A DNA stretch of 64,000 nt from Dicyema japonicum. Lineage: Eukaryota; Animalia; Dicyemida. The translations under genes and the position numbers were made by a program. Positions 39,850 to 51,830 of the stretch are shown one piece after another. Within the stretch, counting starts at the first letter, position 1; each line of letters starts with the position of its first letter. The stretch is taken from the NCBI GenBank assembly GCA_011109175.1, contig RDEW01000022.1, positions 580,273 to 644,272 of the forward strand. Direction: 5' to 3'. Under the pieces are notes generated by a model. It searched no databases. It was not told where the DNA came from and saw only the letters and a list, made by a program, of their open reading frames with translations.

Positions 39850-41260
39850 AAAAACACTTATATTTTGTTGAGCTGATGTCTGGAAAACACAGTATCAAGC
39901 TATTGGACTTCTCCCTTCTCACGTTTAACGTCAGTTAATATAACCCTGAGGAGATTGATGACTTTTATACCAGTCTTTCTGCCGTCTTCTCCAAGTATGC
40001 TCTCTCAACATTAGTAATGATCGCAGGAGACCTCAACGCGAAAACTGGCATCCAGGTTACGACCGATGAGACATTCATGGGAAGGTATGGTAGGGGGAAA
40101 TGAAATCTCCCGGGAACCCTACTAGCTAACTTTTGTCAAACGAACAACCTATTTTTATGCAATGCAGCCTTCATGCATCCAGCCAGACATTAATCTACGT
40201 GGTCGGGACACAGAACAAATCCCGAAGGGCGAGTGATAAATATGTAAAACCAGATCGACTACATCACATGCAGGCAAAAAGATCGAGGGATTATACTTGA
40301 TGCACGAGCTTATGGTGGATCGATTATCGACAGCGACCACAAAATGATTATTGCTAGACTTTTTCTAAAGAGATTTATGGTACCACAAAGAACGAAATGG
40401 AAGCACGTTGAAACCACAGAACCCAACTCTAGACGTTATAACTCGGAGTCCTTAATCAGTCAATCAGAAGGGGCCTTAGCATTCAAAGAATATCTGGATG
40501 CAGAACTAGAAAACATGCCTACAGATTTGCCGCCCGGAAAATCCTGGGATTTTGTAAAGCAGCCGTTGAAAGAAAATGAGAAAATCCCATCGCACAATGA
40601 CATGTAAACGGTGGAAGGACGCCTAGATACATTTCTGTTGCTATACCACAGCGGATTCCGAAAAGGAAGATCTACTTCCGATGTTTTGTGGTCCTACAAG
40701 TGGAGATCTGCGGCCGTTCAAAAGTTCAAAATGTCTACAACCATCCTCGGAATCGACATTTTGAGGGCCTTCGACTCTGTCGACAGACGGAGGCTAATAC
40801 TGGTTCTAGGGAGATTCCTAGACGCTTCCACTGTCAGAATGGCCACCACCCTCCTAGCTGATACTTGTCTCACTGTAAGAGTCGGGGGAGCCTTGTCTCG
40901 CCGATTTGAGACGACTGTTGGCACTCCACAGGAGACCCATTATCCTTTCTGTCATATACTTTGAAGCTGCTTTACGGGAGTCAAAACCGATAATGGGTGA
41001 AAAGACAAAAATTATTGCGTATGCTGACGACGTAGACTTTTTTCAAACGACAAAATACCGCTCACCCGCTTGATGGAAGAAGTGCCTGGAAGACTAGCCG
41101 AATGGTTCCTAACAGTAAATCCAGACAAGACTGAGGTAACTGAACTCAAGAGGGAAGAAACGAGGACGGAGGAGCAGTGGCGCAAGTGCAAAGGGTTTGG
41201 CTCTCTCCTAGGAGACCATGAAGAAATTACAAGAATGAAAACCCTAGCACAAAGAACTCA
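39850..41260 (+). mobile_element. RTE-clade LINE remnant with internal deletions
   Basis: IAGDLNAK, QIDYITC, SGFRKGRSTSD, IDILRAFDSVDR and AYADD. Confidence 0.8.
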
Positions 41261-42570
41261 TTGATTACTCCAACTCTCAAGCCTGGAAAATCAAGACATT
41301 CCATCCTCTTACCGCCTGTCTCCATAACTTGCGCCTTGTCAATAGTGTTGGAGAAGCTTGTACTAATGTTAATCACCCCTGTTCTACAATTTCCTGATTT
41401 TCAACATGGCTTCAGATCAGGCCGTTCTACAACAACGCATTTGGGATCTGTCTCCCAGTTCATCACAGACGGCTTCAACATGACGCACTTACTGACGGAT
41501 CTGGTGTCTATAGATATACAGAAAGCCTTCGACTCGGTTTCGAGACTCTCTTAACAAAGAAGCTCTTTAACTCAAATTTACATCCGAGCATCATGCTATG
41601 GCTGGAAAATTTCTTAATTAGCCGACGTGGAAGAGTCCGGATTGGAAAAATTACTTCAAATCAAGACTACTCCCTAAGGGGTCCCACAAGGCTCCCTCTG
41701 TCTCCTCTTTTTAACTTATTTCTACACGATTTACCTACTATCAATGATCAGGACACCATGTTTTTATCTTATGCGGACGACCTGATTATCGCTGCAAAGG
41801 ATAAATCTCATTTCAGTGCTGTGGCGGAGGTTCAGTCACACCTCAACCAGGTGTATGATTGGCTATCCATGAATTTGCTGTGTCTGCATCCAAGTCTCAG
41901 TACACGCTATTTACTACGGACAGAAGATTTAAAGGTGGACTTGAGATATTCCTCGGAAATATTCCCATCCCTTATACACGAATCCAGAAGATCCTTGGAA
42001 TAACTTTCGACTCTCTGATGACGTTCGCCAGTCCAACGGAGGAGGTGTTAACCAAGGGTCTTCGAAAATGGAACGTCCTAAAAGCCATTGTAAAGAAAAA
42101 CCCCTTCCCTCCTACTGCTTGTATCAACAAAGTATATCTCCAAGTTATTGCGCCGACGATTGAATATGCCTATTCTGTCTAGAGATTCGCTATTTCTTCT
42201 ACGAGGGTGGAGGGTGTGAACTCTCTCAGACGGAAGATCATGAGGCACATACAATCAGACTCCACATCCGTCCCCAGTCTGTTTTCAGAGGAGGCGACGG
42301 TGAGAAATGGCCTGGCTTCCTACGTATGTGCATTGAGCTAGGAAACCCATTCAGAGAGAGGGTGGTTCATGCGGAGGAATTCAGATCGGCATTTAAAAAA
42401 CTGCACTCCGATAGAATTCCTTTGCAGAAATAAAGAAGACACTTCAGAAACGCTGTTGGTTCACTGGTGGAGCATTCGAAGAGAATTCGAGAGATGTTGA
42501 AAGCTGGGATCACTTAATTTAGCAAGTTAATTCTTTCTTTCTTGGTGGTCTTGGGGTTTTAAAATAAATA
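41261..42570 (+). mobile_element. Jockey/I-like LINE RT + 3' end, abutting the RTE remnant
   Basis: FQHGFRSGRSTT, SIDIQKAFDSV, LSYADD, ILGITFD, VGSLVEHSKRIREML and a GGGATCACTTAATTTAG tail. Confidence 0.8.
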
Positions 42571-43129
42571 AAAATAACTAAGGTCCCGTTTGTGCCACAC
42601 GTTTCGAAATTTGCTTCACTATCGCCCTCTGCTTTGCCCATCTGTCCGTAGATCTTCTAGGTCTTCTGCAGATTTAATATTGGTTGAACCGGTGAATTAT
42701 TCTGTCTATTTCACACATGAAGAATGATCTCTTCACACTGGCGTCATTCAACGTCCGAGGATTGAAAGAAATCCAAATGAATATTAAAATTAAATCATGA
42801 GAGCTTTTGACGTCAATCGACAAAAATTGTTACAATCCATGTTCTCCCTTGAGTTCCTTAGATATTCTCCCCTTGGGTCCCTTCTTTGGATTAATTAGTT
42901 ATGACTGTTTGTGCACGGCTTACCAAAGATTGTAAGCCTGGGGTTAATAATGTCTGTTCAGGGTGCTTATAATAATGATTGCCATTGTTTAGTATTTTGT
43001 AAGTGTTGTACTATTTAAGTGTACAATATTGTAGCCATTATCAAAAAGACAAAATTTTAAATTTATTCAAAGTAATTTGAGTCTCACAAAATTTTTTACT
43101 CAATGAAATTAACAACATCGAATAAAGCT

Positions 43130-43400
43130 TGCCATGAAAGCAAACTTATTTTCGCTCGGTCTGCTAACAGAATAACCGGAAGAATATATTTTCCAAGATC
43201 GAAGAAAGTGAACATAATTTTATTTGGTCTTCTTGAATTAACTGATATCTGAGCACATTCCATATATGTGTATGGGACAACATCTGGAAGTGATATTTTC
43301 CAAGAGGTTCAGATCACTTTGGAAAACTATAATCCTCAACGGAATCAATTACAGTCGATGATGGATGAATATGCAAGCAGTTAAAGAGGAGGCCAGTTCC
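43130..43400 (+). mobile_element. hAT (GTF2IRD2-like) transposase remnant
   Basis: YGTTSGSDIFQEVQITLENY resembles GTTTGEDIF. Confidence 0.4.
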
Positions 43401-43684
43401 AGAATAAATTAGATGAGCGTCAACCACTGGTTCTATGAACTCTAAGTTTCACCCTCCTAAACATGTCCAATGAGCTATTTGGTATCCTGGGGCACTTCTT
43501 CTGACCATTCGAGAGGATCAATGTCGGGATATTCAAACGACTTACTAAAATGGAATTCCCCAACGACCCATGCTAACTCAAAAGTAATCATCTGTGACAA
43601 TTTAATGATGATTAGCCTCCTCTAATTGGGTGGATTAAATCACTAGAAAATATAATATTAAAAATTGTTGCCAAGTAACAAATA

Positions 43685-44092
43685 ATGAGCAAGCCAAAGC
43701 CTACTCCCTCTGTGCTTACAGACACAAGCCTCAACTACCTGGCCAAAAAAATAAAGGGATCAGGTTTGACCTTGGGGATGTACCTCAACCTCCCTACAAC
43801 CACGATTGTCGCCATGAAGATAGATAACGATTTACGTGGAGGAAAAGAAGGCGACCTAACAGCCAGACTCATCCTGTACTGGAAGAGAGCCAGGGAAAAC
43901 GGCAAAAACGGAGAAAAGGTATTTCACGGTAAACACAAAGCTGTTGACACTAGAAAGAGCCCTCAAAGACAGTGGAAGGACAGAGATCAGCGAAATATTT
44001 GCAAACTGCTACCAATCCAACATGGAAATAGTCCCAGAGTCTTTTGCAAACTTCAAGTATGTGTTTAATATATTTTCAGGGAATCTGACTGA
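43685..44092 (+). CDS. Small single death-fold domain protein (about 120 aa), 3 exons, intact
   Basis: LTDTSLNYLAKKI..LGMYLNL..I..MKID..LILYWK..|LLTLERALKDSGRTEISE has the helix pattern of a Death domain; introns 43919-40 (22 nt) and 44057-79 (23 nt) give a clean frame to TGA. Confidence 0.75.
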
Positions 44093-44264
44093 TTTATTAA
44101 AAATAGGTTAACCATACATTAATTATTAATTTATTTACAAAACCTAATAATATATTTTATTTTTAATTTAAAATTTTAACCTCCTCGAGTATGCTCATTG
44201 TGGGTATTTTGACTCAGTTTCCTGCATATAAGAGCTTACATTTACTTCCAACTATCCCTTAGAA

Positions 44265-44460
44265 GGTGAAGCGGTGTAACGAGTGCCAGGCAAGAGGACT
44301 GATGGTCTCTAGTTCGAATTTCGCTGCTACACTCCGATTGAAGGTTCCAGGATGTTTTGGCTTGACGAGTGGCGACGTCATGAGTGAATATTTCACTGTG
44401 AAACCGGATCGTCTATAGAGGACTCACACACAACAAAAAGAAAAAAAGAAGTGAGAAGCA
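44265..44460 (+). mobile_element. Possible tRNA-derived SINE-like element
   Basis: B-box-like AGTTCGAAT about 50 nt from the start; GGACTCACACAC + A-rich tail. Confidence 0.35.
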
Positions 44461-44909
44461 TTCCTTGGTTCTCCTTTATCCATTAGTTATCATAACTGTT
44501 CTCTACATAAATAAATTGTGCCCTCCCTAAGCTATAGCTAATATGGCTCTGTGTAAAAGTGAAGTTTTTTTGTCCCTTAGAAGCTACAAATATTTCATGT
44601 AAATAAACAAAATGTTAATGGACGCAGAACTGATCGAGAGATGCCCATCATTTCTAGGAGCATATTGCGTCGTTAAGGTTGATTTTATTAAAATGACACG
44701 TGTCTGTTGTGAAGAACAAATTCATAGTAAATAACACGTGTTGATTCTGTGAATAAATGTTCTGATCCGATGGTGGCTCTTTCATGCTCCTGTATTTCCG
44801 AAAGTTCACATAAGAGTTCCAGAGATCAGTTAGATGTGTCTGATGTGCTAAGAAAATAGGATATAAATTATTTTTATAATTTAGGTAGATTAAACTATCC
44901 AACTAAAAA

Positions 44910-46760
44910 ACCTGGCGTTATGTGATCCACCAGACAGAATACCCACGGAGGTGCTCAGAGTGCGCGTGACGCACTTCAGAAAACGACCATTTGCTTTCTT
45001 CCACCGGAGAGTAATGTCACCACTGGTCGGAGAATTTCTGGATCGGTATCAGCTTCCCGGACGTGTGCCCCCTCGAAAACAAAAGGACCTGATTTCAGTG
45101 ATCCAGCTCAACGTGAATGGAATCAAGGTTAGAATCTTAGAGATCAGAACACTCATCTCAAAAATCAAAATTGACATCCTACTAATTCAAGACTCTAAAT
45201 TGACTCCGAAAGACTCTACGCTTATTTTTCCTGGATTCAATATTATTCGGAAAGATCGTACAAAGAAATGTGGAGGTGGACTACCAACGATTATTAGAAA
45301 GGGACTCAAGTATCAGGACTGTTCATAAGAAATAAAGAAACTCATTGGAGACGATGAAACCACGGAAATTATTGGAATCTCTGTGAGTTCAACAACATCT
45401 ATATATGTCCTAAGAAGTATTCAATGGCTGACTTATCTACTTTGGATAATATGGGGATATCTTGATCTGCGGAGACCTGAATGCCAAACATCCCCTTTGA
45501 CTGTCAAGTCAGTTTTCCGATGCAAGAGGAAGACTTCTACTCTCGCAGTCTGGAAAACTAATGATCATTAATGACCCCTCGAAACACACAAGAATCCCTT
45601 TAGGAATTCTGAACAACCTACATCCTAAACATCACTCTCTGCTCTCCAACTCTCCCTACAAGAGTAACTTGATCCGTCATATACGATACCAGAAGCGACC
45701 ACAATTTTATTTTTTAAGATCAGGAGGGAGGTATTTTGTGAAAAGAAGAATCCGACCTACATATACAAATCCGCAAACTGGAACCTTTTCCGGATTATTG
45801 CTGAATATCGTTTGGCTGACGTAAATCTGAAGGATTTCTCCTTCCTTGACAAGGAGGTGTATCACATAAATGACATCATTCTGCAAGGGAGAAAAATGGC
45901 TGTCCCAAAAAGACACACCTGCTACACAAGAGGCTTTGAAAAGATTGCTTTGGTCTAGGAAAGAAATAGTCTCAAAAATGCAGGAATTCTCTTAATTGAG
46001 GCAAAACTCCGACTGAAAGCTCTGAATGAAAATATAAAGGCCAAAGAACTTAAGATACAAAAAGCAAAATGGTCACGAGTTCTCACAGCTTTGAACCGAA
46101 ATCAGACAACCGCCCAAGTATGGAAAATCTCTTCAACCTTTTCTTGATTGATTTCCCGACTCCGGAGCATGAGGATGACCTTTTACTGGCTTATGCAGAT
46201 GATATTGTTATTGCATCCAGGGACCAAGACGCTCAGGTCGCCTCGGAGAGATTACAATTACTTGTAAACTGTTTAATCTACTGGTTAAATGAAAACAGTC
46301 TGTCGAACATCCCGGAAAAATCGGTTACGTCACTCCTTACCTCTTTTTTTAATTGCCTTTTCATGAGAGCCATAATATTTATAGCTCCGCATAGGCAGGA
46401 CACACACTTTATTTAAGTAAAAAACAGTTAATTTTAACTAATCGTAGAACCAAGGAATGATCTTCACTTCTTTTTCTTGTGTGTGGGTCCTTTCTAGACA
46501 ATCCAGTTCCGCAGTGAGTACAAAAAGAGCCTTTTCCGTGATAGAAAACTGGATCAAAGGCGATCTAAATTATACACCTACCCCCATGGAAGACCTAAGA
46601 AGAAGAAAAGGAGGCCAAACTCAACGATACCAGAAAATCACTTGTGTTGGATCGAGGGAAGACCACAGGGCCAAGCTGAGAGCCCTATTGAAATTCGCCG
46701 GGATCACATAATTTCTTGTTTTTGTCTTTAATTGTGGTCTATGGAAATAAATTTTAATAA
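44910..46760 (+). mobile_element. Jockey/I-like LINE with leader, endonuclease, a large internal deletion and the 3' end
   Basis: Leader TGGCGTTATGTGATCCACC; QLNVNGIK, RKDR..CGGGL; QVWK fused to LFNLF..AYADD at about 46130; CVGSREDHRAKLRALL. Confidence 0.85.
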
Positions 46761-47341
46761 TTATTTTTTTTGCTTCGCAGGGTAAGGATTATAGAACCGT
46801 CATTAAGACTTGACCGTTTTTAGATTTTTTATGAACCAGCTGAAATTACTCATACTTTATTTTTTATTAACTAAAAATAAATAGAAATGTGACTGTGGGG
46901 TTTTGACACGAGGAAAATTACATACGGAATAGTAGTGAATCTAGTTCCGTTGACGACGACGATTCATTTATCCCATGCGGATGATTTAATTATTGCAAAA
47001 AAAACCGTTCTGCATTTTTCTCAGCCACCAATGATCCACTGAAACTAGATTGAGTGCAGGAGTGGTAGATATCCAAGTTTCATGTAATATCCTACCCAAG
47101 TCAACATGCACGTCGTTCACCTATGACCGGAGGAGTAATGAGAAACTCAAAATCTTGATTGGATACCTTAGTCGTGTAAGATTCCCAATTCATAAGACGA
47201 GACTCAAAAAACCAAGAAATGCATTGGAGTTCCTATTTCAGCTATTGCCACAGTTATTTAGTCTGAAACCTATTTCAAAATGTAATTTAGTTGACCAGAT
47301 AATTTTAATTATGATGCTGTTGTCATCTAACCAACACCGAC

Positions 47342-47960
47342 GTGCTTGTTTGTTGTGGAGGCGTCCGAGTACTGCGGCTCAACGCCATCCCTAATGGAGT
47401 TTTGGGTACGATTCTGGATGGAGAATGCGTCCATATTGGGATCTCATTACGAATTGGATTAAAAATATGTGTTCCGCCTACATGCCGATGCGAAGACCAG
47501 ATTGACTGTTTTGGTCTGCGCCCACTATCTTGCACGAAGAGTGCGGGCAGATCTCCTAGACACAAGGCTTTGAACGAAGTCGTTAGGCGAGCTTTGGACG
47601 CTGCCGGACATCTTTCTATGCTCGAACCAGCCGACCTTTCCAGAAGTGACGGGAAATGACCAGATGGGATGACCATCTTCCCCTTTGAAGCTGAAAAACC
47701 TCACCGACACATTCGCCCCTTACAACCTACATCAGAGTGTCTCTGGAGGCTGATCTTCCGTTGAGAAGGCTGATGGTCAAAAGGGCAAAGGTCTTACCAA
47801 AGGATTTTTTAGTTTTTCCTCTCGCGGTTGAAACGTCTGGTTCCCTTGCGCATGCAACGCTGGAATTCTTGATTTGTCTAGGGAATCGGATTTCTGCACG
47901 AACAGGAGATACCCGTGAGCGCTGCTGGGTATTATCTCGCTCGCCTTCCTGAGAGGGATA
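47342..47960 (+). mobile_element. CRE-clade non-LTR retrotransposon 3' remnant (zinc knuckle + PD-(D/E)xK endonuclease)
   Basis: LNAIP..LGT.LD, LRIG, C.C...D..G..PLSC, RHKALNEVVRRAL, EP..L.RSDGK*PDG and FPLAVETSG. Confidence 0.85.
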
Positions 47961-49699
47961 GTTACTCAGTTTGACCTTTTTGTTTATTTTATTTTGTTTT
48001 AACAATAAATGAATGAAACTAGTAAAATATTCAAAAAAAGAATTAACTAGAAATTTATAGTCGCCGTCATAAAAAATAAAATATTGATTATCATCCTGGA
48101 GTTCTTCGTCTCTAGGACGCCTGAGATAGCCAAATTTGTGCATCTCTTTTACGAATTTGAGAGTACACTTAGATAATCACATTGTCGACTCTTCGTCTGG
48201 TGTTCAGCAAGTTGAGTCTTTTTGAGCTCTCCTTTTCTCCATTGCTATTGACCTTATTATTCAGAAGATCTTGGCCTCTTTTAATATTTGATACCTCGAC
48301 AAAGGAGTGATTGTTGGGAACGCCTTGATTATCGACGCTTTGGAAATCGATATTCCTGATCTGTTAGACCTCGGCCTGCAAGTGAATATGCAGAAGACAG
48401 AGATCATGAATGTTGGCTCTCCACAGGACGAGTTTTTCATTGTCCGAACCTGCCTTTAGGCCTTGTTCCCTGATGCGAGTATAGTCGAGTCTTCTGACAC
48501 TTTTCTTTATGGATGCTCTCTATTCTTGTTTGGGATGCAAAAGCTTACGAGGAGAAAAAATCGACTCGTAGTTAGTTACTGATTTTTATTGAAACACTTT
48601 TCATCACTAGGTATGATTAGAAAGGTTGTACACGTGTATGCAAGACCTCAATATCAACATGCCTGTAAAAGTGAAAGCTGGGACATACGCTATAGCAATT
48701 ATCAGTGAATGCTAATATACCTATGGATAGTTACTGACCTACTGACTTAATTGATGTCGTCCATTGGATGGTTTATCACGTAAGCTGGTTCTCAAAGACA
48801 TTAGTGACGAAGGATTATACGATTTTTGATGGCAGATACTTGTCGAAATTGGAGGTGGGTAAAACTTATTTGGATACAATCACGACCAGCATTGGCACTT
48901 CTTGGGTGACTTACTTTTGACAATTCTCTATGCAATTTATTTGGAAGATGCTTTGAGGGACTTCTGAAAGAAATGGGTCACATAATCGAACGTCTAGTTG
49001 AACTAGTCTCTGAGGCAATATAGATTTTGTCTCCGACGATGCACAGTACTTATTTCAGTGTGAATAGATCCACATATTTTTTGAAAATATGGTAATTTAA
49101 AATATCAAAGATAAAACTGAAAAACTGAGCTTATTTTGATTGAACTTCACAGGTTAATGAAAAGTGGAAATTCATTTAAAAAAGAAAAGAAGCTCGGTTC
49201 GCTTCTGAGAGTCGCTGAGGACATTGCTCGTAGAAGAACGCTGGTATTTTGTTATTCAAAAAGATGTAGAGTATTAATGATCTTTTTTCTGATATCTAAA
49301 CAGGTCCCACTGTATAACTCAGGAACGTATAGAACAGATCTTAAGAGACTTGATGGACAGCAGTCAAAGAAGAGGAGAATATGTTGAAGGGGAAAATCAC
49401 TTAGTTCATTTATTTCTGATATTTCTAATTAATTTGTTAATGCTAAAAAAAAGTTATTACGGGGGGCGATAAATTATTGACAGAGGCGAAAATTATTTAT
49501 AGGGACGATACGAAAAAAAGGTTGAGAAACACTTGTAGAGTAATAACTAGACAATCTAAGTTCTATAATGCTAGAATTTTTTTATTTTATTTTATTGTTA
49601 AATAAAATAAAAGCAATTTTACAACGTTTTTCATAAAATCACGTGCTTGTGGTGCTTTGTGGCTAATTGGTTGAAGTTTCAGTTTTGTTCGTCTGTTCC

Positions 49700-49885
49700 T
49701 CCTCTTTCTTCCTATTAGAGTGGCGTCATGTGATCCAGTGCCAGGCCGGCACGAAAAAGGATCATTTTCTCTCCCCCACTCCACTGGAGGGTTTCCACAA
49801 CTGCAACTATGGACGTCTTTTACCCTTTAAACTGGATGCACTTAATTAGTGTTTACTTAACTTCTTTCTCTTTAACTTTAACAAC
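49700..49885 (+). mobile_element. Short internally deleted LINE derivative (SIDE-like)
   Basis: TGGCGTCATGTGATCC leader at 49721; body shared with the 17.45 kb copy; CTGGATGCACTTAATTAG tail. Confidence 0.75.
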
Positions 49886-50109
49886 TTTATTAGCAAGAAA
49901 AAATTAAAGAGGGAGTTATTTGGCCTCATGCCGCAAGTCCTGCAAACGCTTGGACTCTTCTCTGCGCTCTCAGGCCCCTTTTATCGTTTATTCTTGCTGC
50001 AACATACGAGTAACTTATTTCTCGATGTGTCCGAGGTTAATAAATAATTAAAAAGCGATAGCTAATATGGATTCTCGGAAAGTGCATTGTTTTGGTCATA
50101 AACCCTATG

Positions 50110-51417
50110 AAAATGTTAGCGTGGTGTCATGTGGGTCACCGTAAAAAATGTCACACATTCCAAATTAGAAGAGAAAGAGCCTCTCCCTTTCCCCCATCTA
50201 TATGGACTTACATTTGTGATAGTTCCCCAGACTCAAACTTATGTTGTGTGGAGACATTGAAAGCAATCCTGGCCCTCAATGTGAACGGAATCAGAAGAAG
50301 GTCCTAGAACTTCGGGCACTCGTTGCAGAAATGAACGCTGATTTTGGACTAATCCAAGAATCAACCAACCACTCCAACACCTTCATCTCCCGGATACACG
50401 GTGATCCGTAAGGATCTGGAGAAAAGCCGCGGTGGAGGCCTACTCACTATTGTGAGGAAAAATATTGCTTTTACCGACATAAGCCCTCAAGTTGCAAATC
50501 TTTTGGACCCAGATTGTACTTTGGAGCAGATTACTATCAAGTTCTAGCTATTCCCTTCTTTCTGGATTACCTTGGTCAATGTGTACATCTTTCCACAAGG
50601 GTTCTGTCCAACTTCCTATGTTTTTCAAATATTCCGCTTTTCCTGACTGAAGAATTTACTAATATGTGGCGATCTCAACGCTCGTCATCCCTTGTGGCTA
50701 ACTTCACAGTCTGCCGACAACCGAAGTGAACACTTTGCAAATTGCCTTAAGGACATGATTGTCCTAAATGACCCTAACGTCCATACGAGGACTCCACTAA
50801 GAAGCACAGATGGTTGTAGATCCCCAGATTGGACGTTATGCTCTCCTTCATTGGCAAGACTCGCTTCGTGGAATTTGAGTTATGGTTTTTCCAGTGACCA
50901 TAACCCTATATCTCTACGTCTAAGAAGGATTTTGGTGGAGACGTATGCCCCAAACTCAAGTGAAAAAATTCAAGAATTATCGCAAGTCAGACTGGACCGG
51001 CATTAGTAATCATGTCGATGATGTGTTGGACAAGGGTCTGTCATTGGGAATAAGTTCAATGACGAGGCTCCAAAACTTATCATTGGGACAATCCAAAAAG
51101 CCGACAAGATTTTCATTCCTCGCTCGTCATGTGCAAAATTTGACCCTACTTTAAACTCACGCACCCTTCAGCTCATAAAACGAAGAGATTTTTTAAAACG
51201 ATCCAAACTGATGGACATAAACTCCTTGGGAGTAATCAGAAGACTAAACAAGGAAATCAATCTGAGCATTAAAGAACATCGGAACCAGAGATGGGGTCAC
51301 TTTGTCAATCGCCTAAATAAAAAAGAGCTCATCTTTCCGAATTTGGAGAACTCTGAAGCATGTCAATATCGTGTTGGAAGACGATCACGAGGTAGGAAAG
51401 CCATCTCTAGGAAATGA
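50110..51417 (+). mobile_element. Jockey/I-like LINE 5' part with leader, 2A-like motif and endonuclease
   Basis: TGGTGTCATGTGGGTCACC; LKLMLCGDIESNPGP (50253-50276); LNVNGIR, CGDLNA, SPDWT and SSDHNPI. Confidence 0.85.
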
Positions 51418-51619
51418 ATGTCAAATACACCCAAACTTACTCATAAAACATCAGAACTTTTTGAATGCTTCCAACAAGAACTTATTTGGGAAAATGTAAA
51501 CAACTGGAATGTCACGCTACTGCTGCTATCACGTGATAGAGGACGTAATGAGAGAAATTCAAATCACAGCAATTTATATCTTCCAATTTCTGATTCCCAT
51601 ACATCTCTATTAAACAAAA

Positions 51620-51830
51620 CAACGTATGAGGTCGACAAAGAACTCACTTGCATAGGAAGAAAGCCGAAAACAGGAGAGGATCTGGATGATCTGAGGTCGG
51701 TTGCGAGAAACAGGGGAGGATGGAAACGACTTACAGCACGTATCCAGAAATGCATGGCAAAAGTGGAATCTCAAACTAGTAACTTTTCTGGTTCCGTGGA
51801 CATTGCTATTAATAATAATTTACGATTCCC
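51620..51830 (+). mobile_element. RTE 3'-end fragment
   Basis: TGEDLDDLRSVARNRGGWKRL matches the RTE C-terminus at 5.0 kb; similar stubs at 22330 (+) and 42600 (-). Confidence 0.65.

Noticed and set aside
44265-44335. Functional tRNA gene
   Set aside because: A B-box-like motif is present but no consistent cloverleaf can be folded.
17476-49736. UGA=Trp alternative code, suggested by ATG TGG versus ATG TGA in leader copies
   Set aside because: Host genes use TGG for conserved Trp and end in TGA (PRKRIP1, death-fold gene); TAA and TAG also terminate genes, which excludes ciliate codes.
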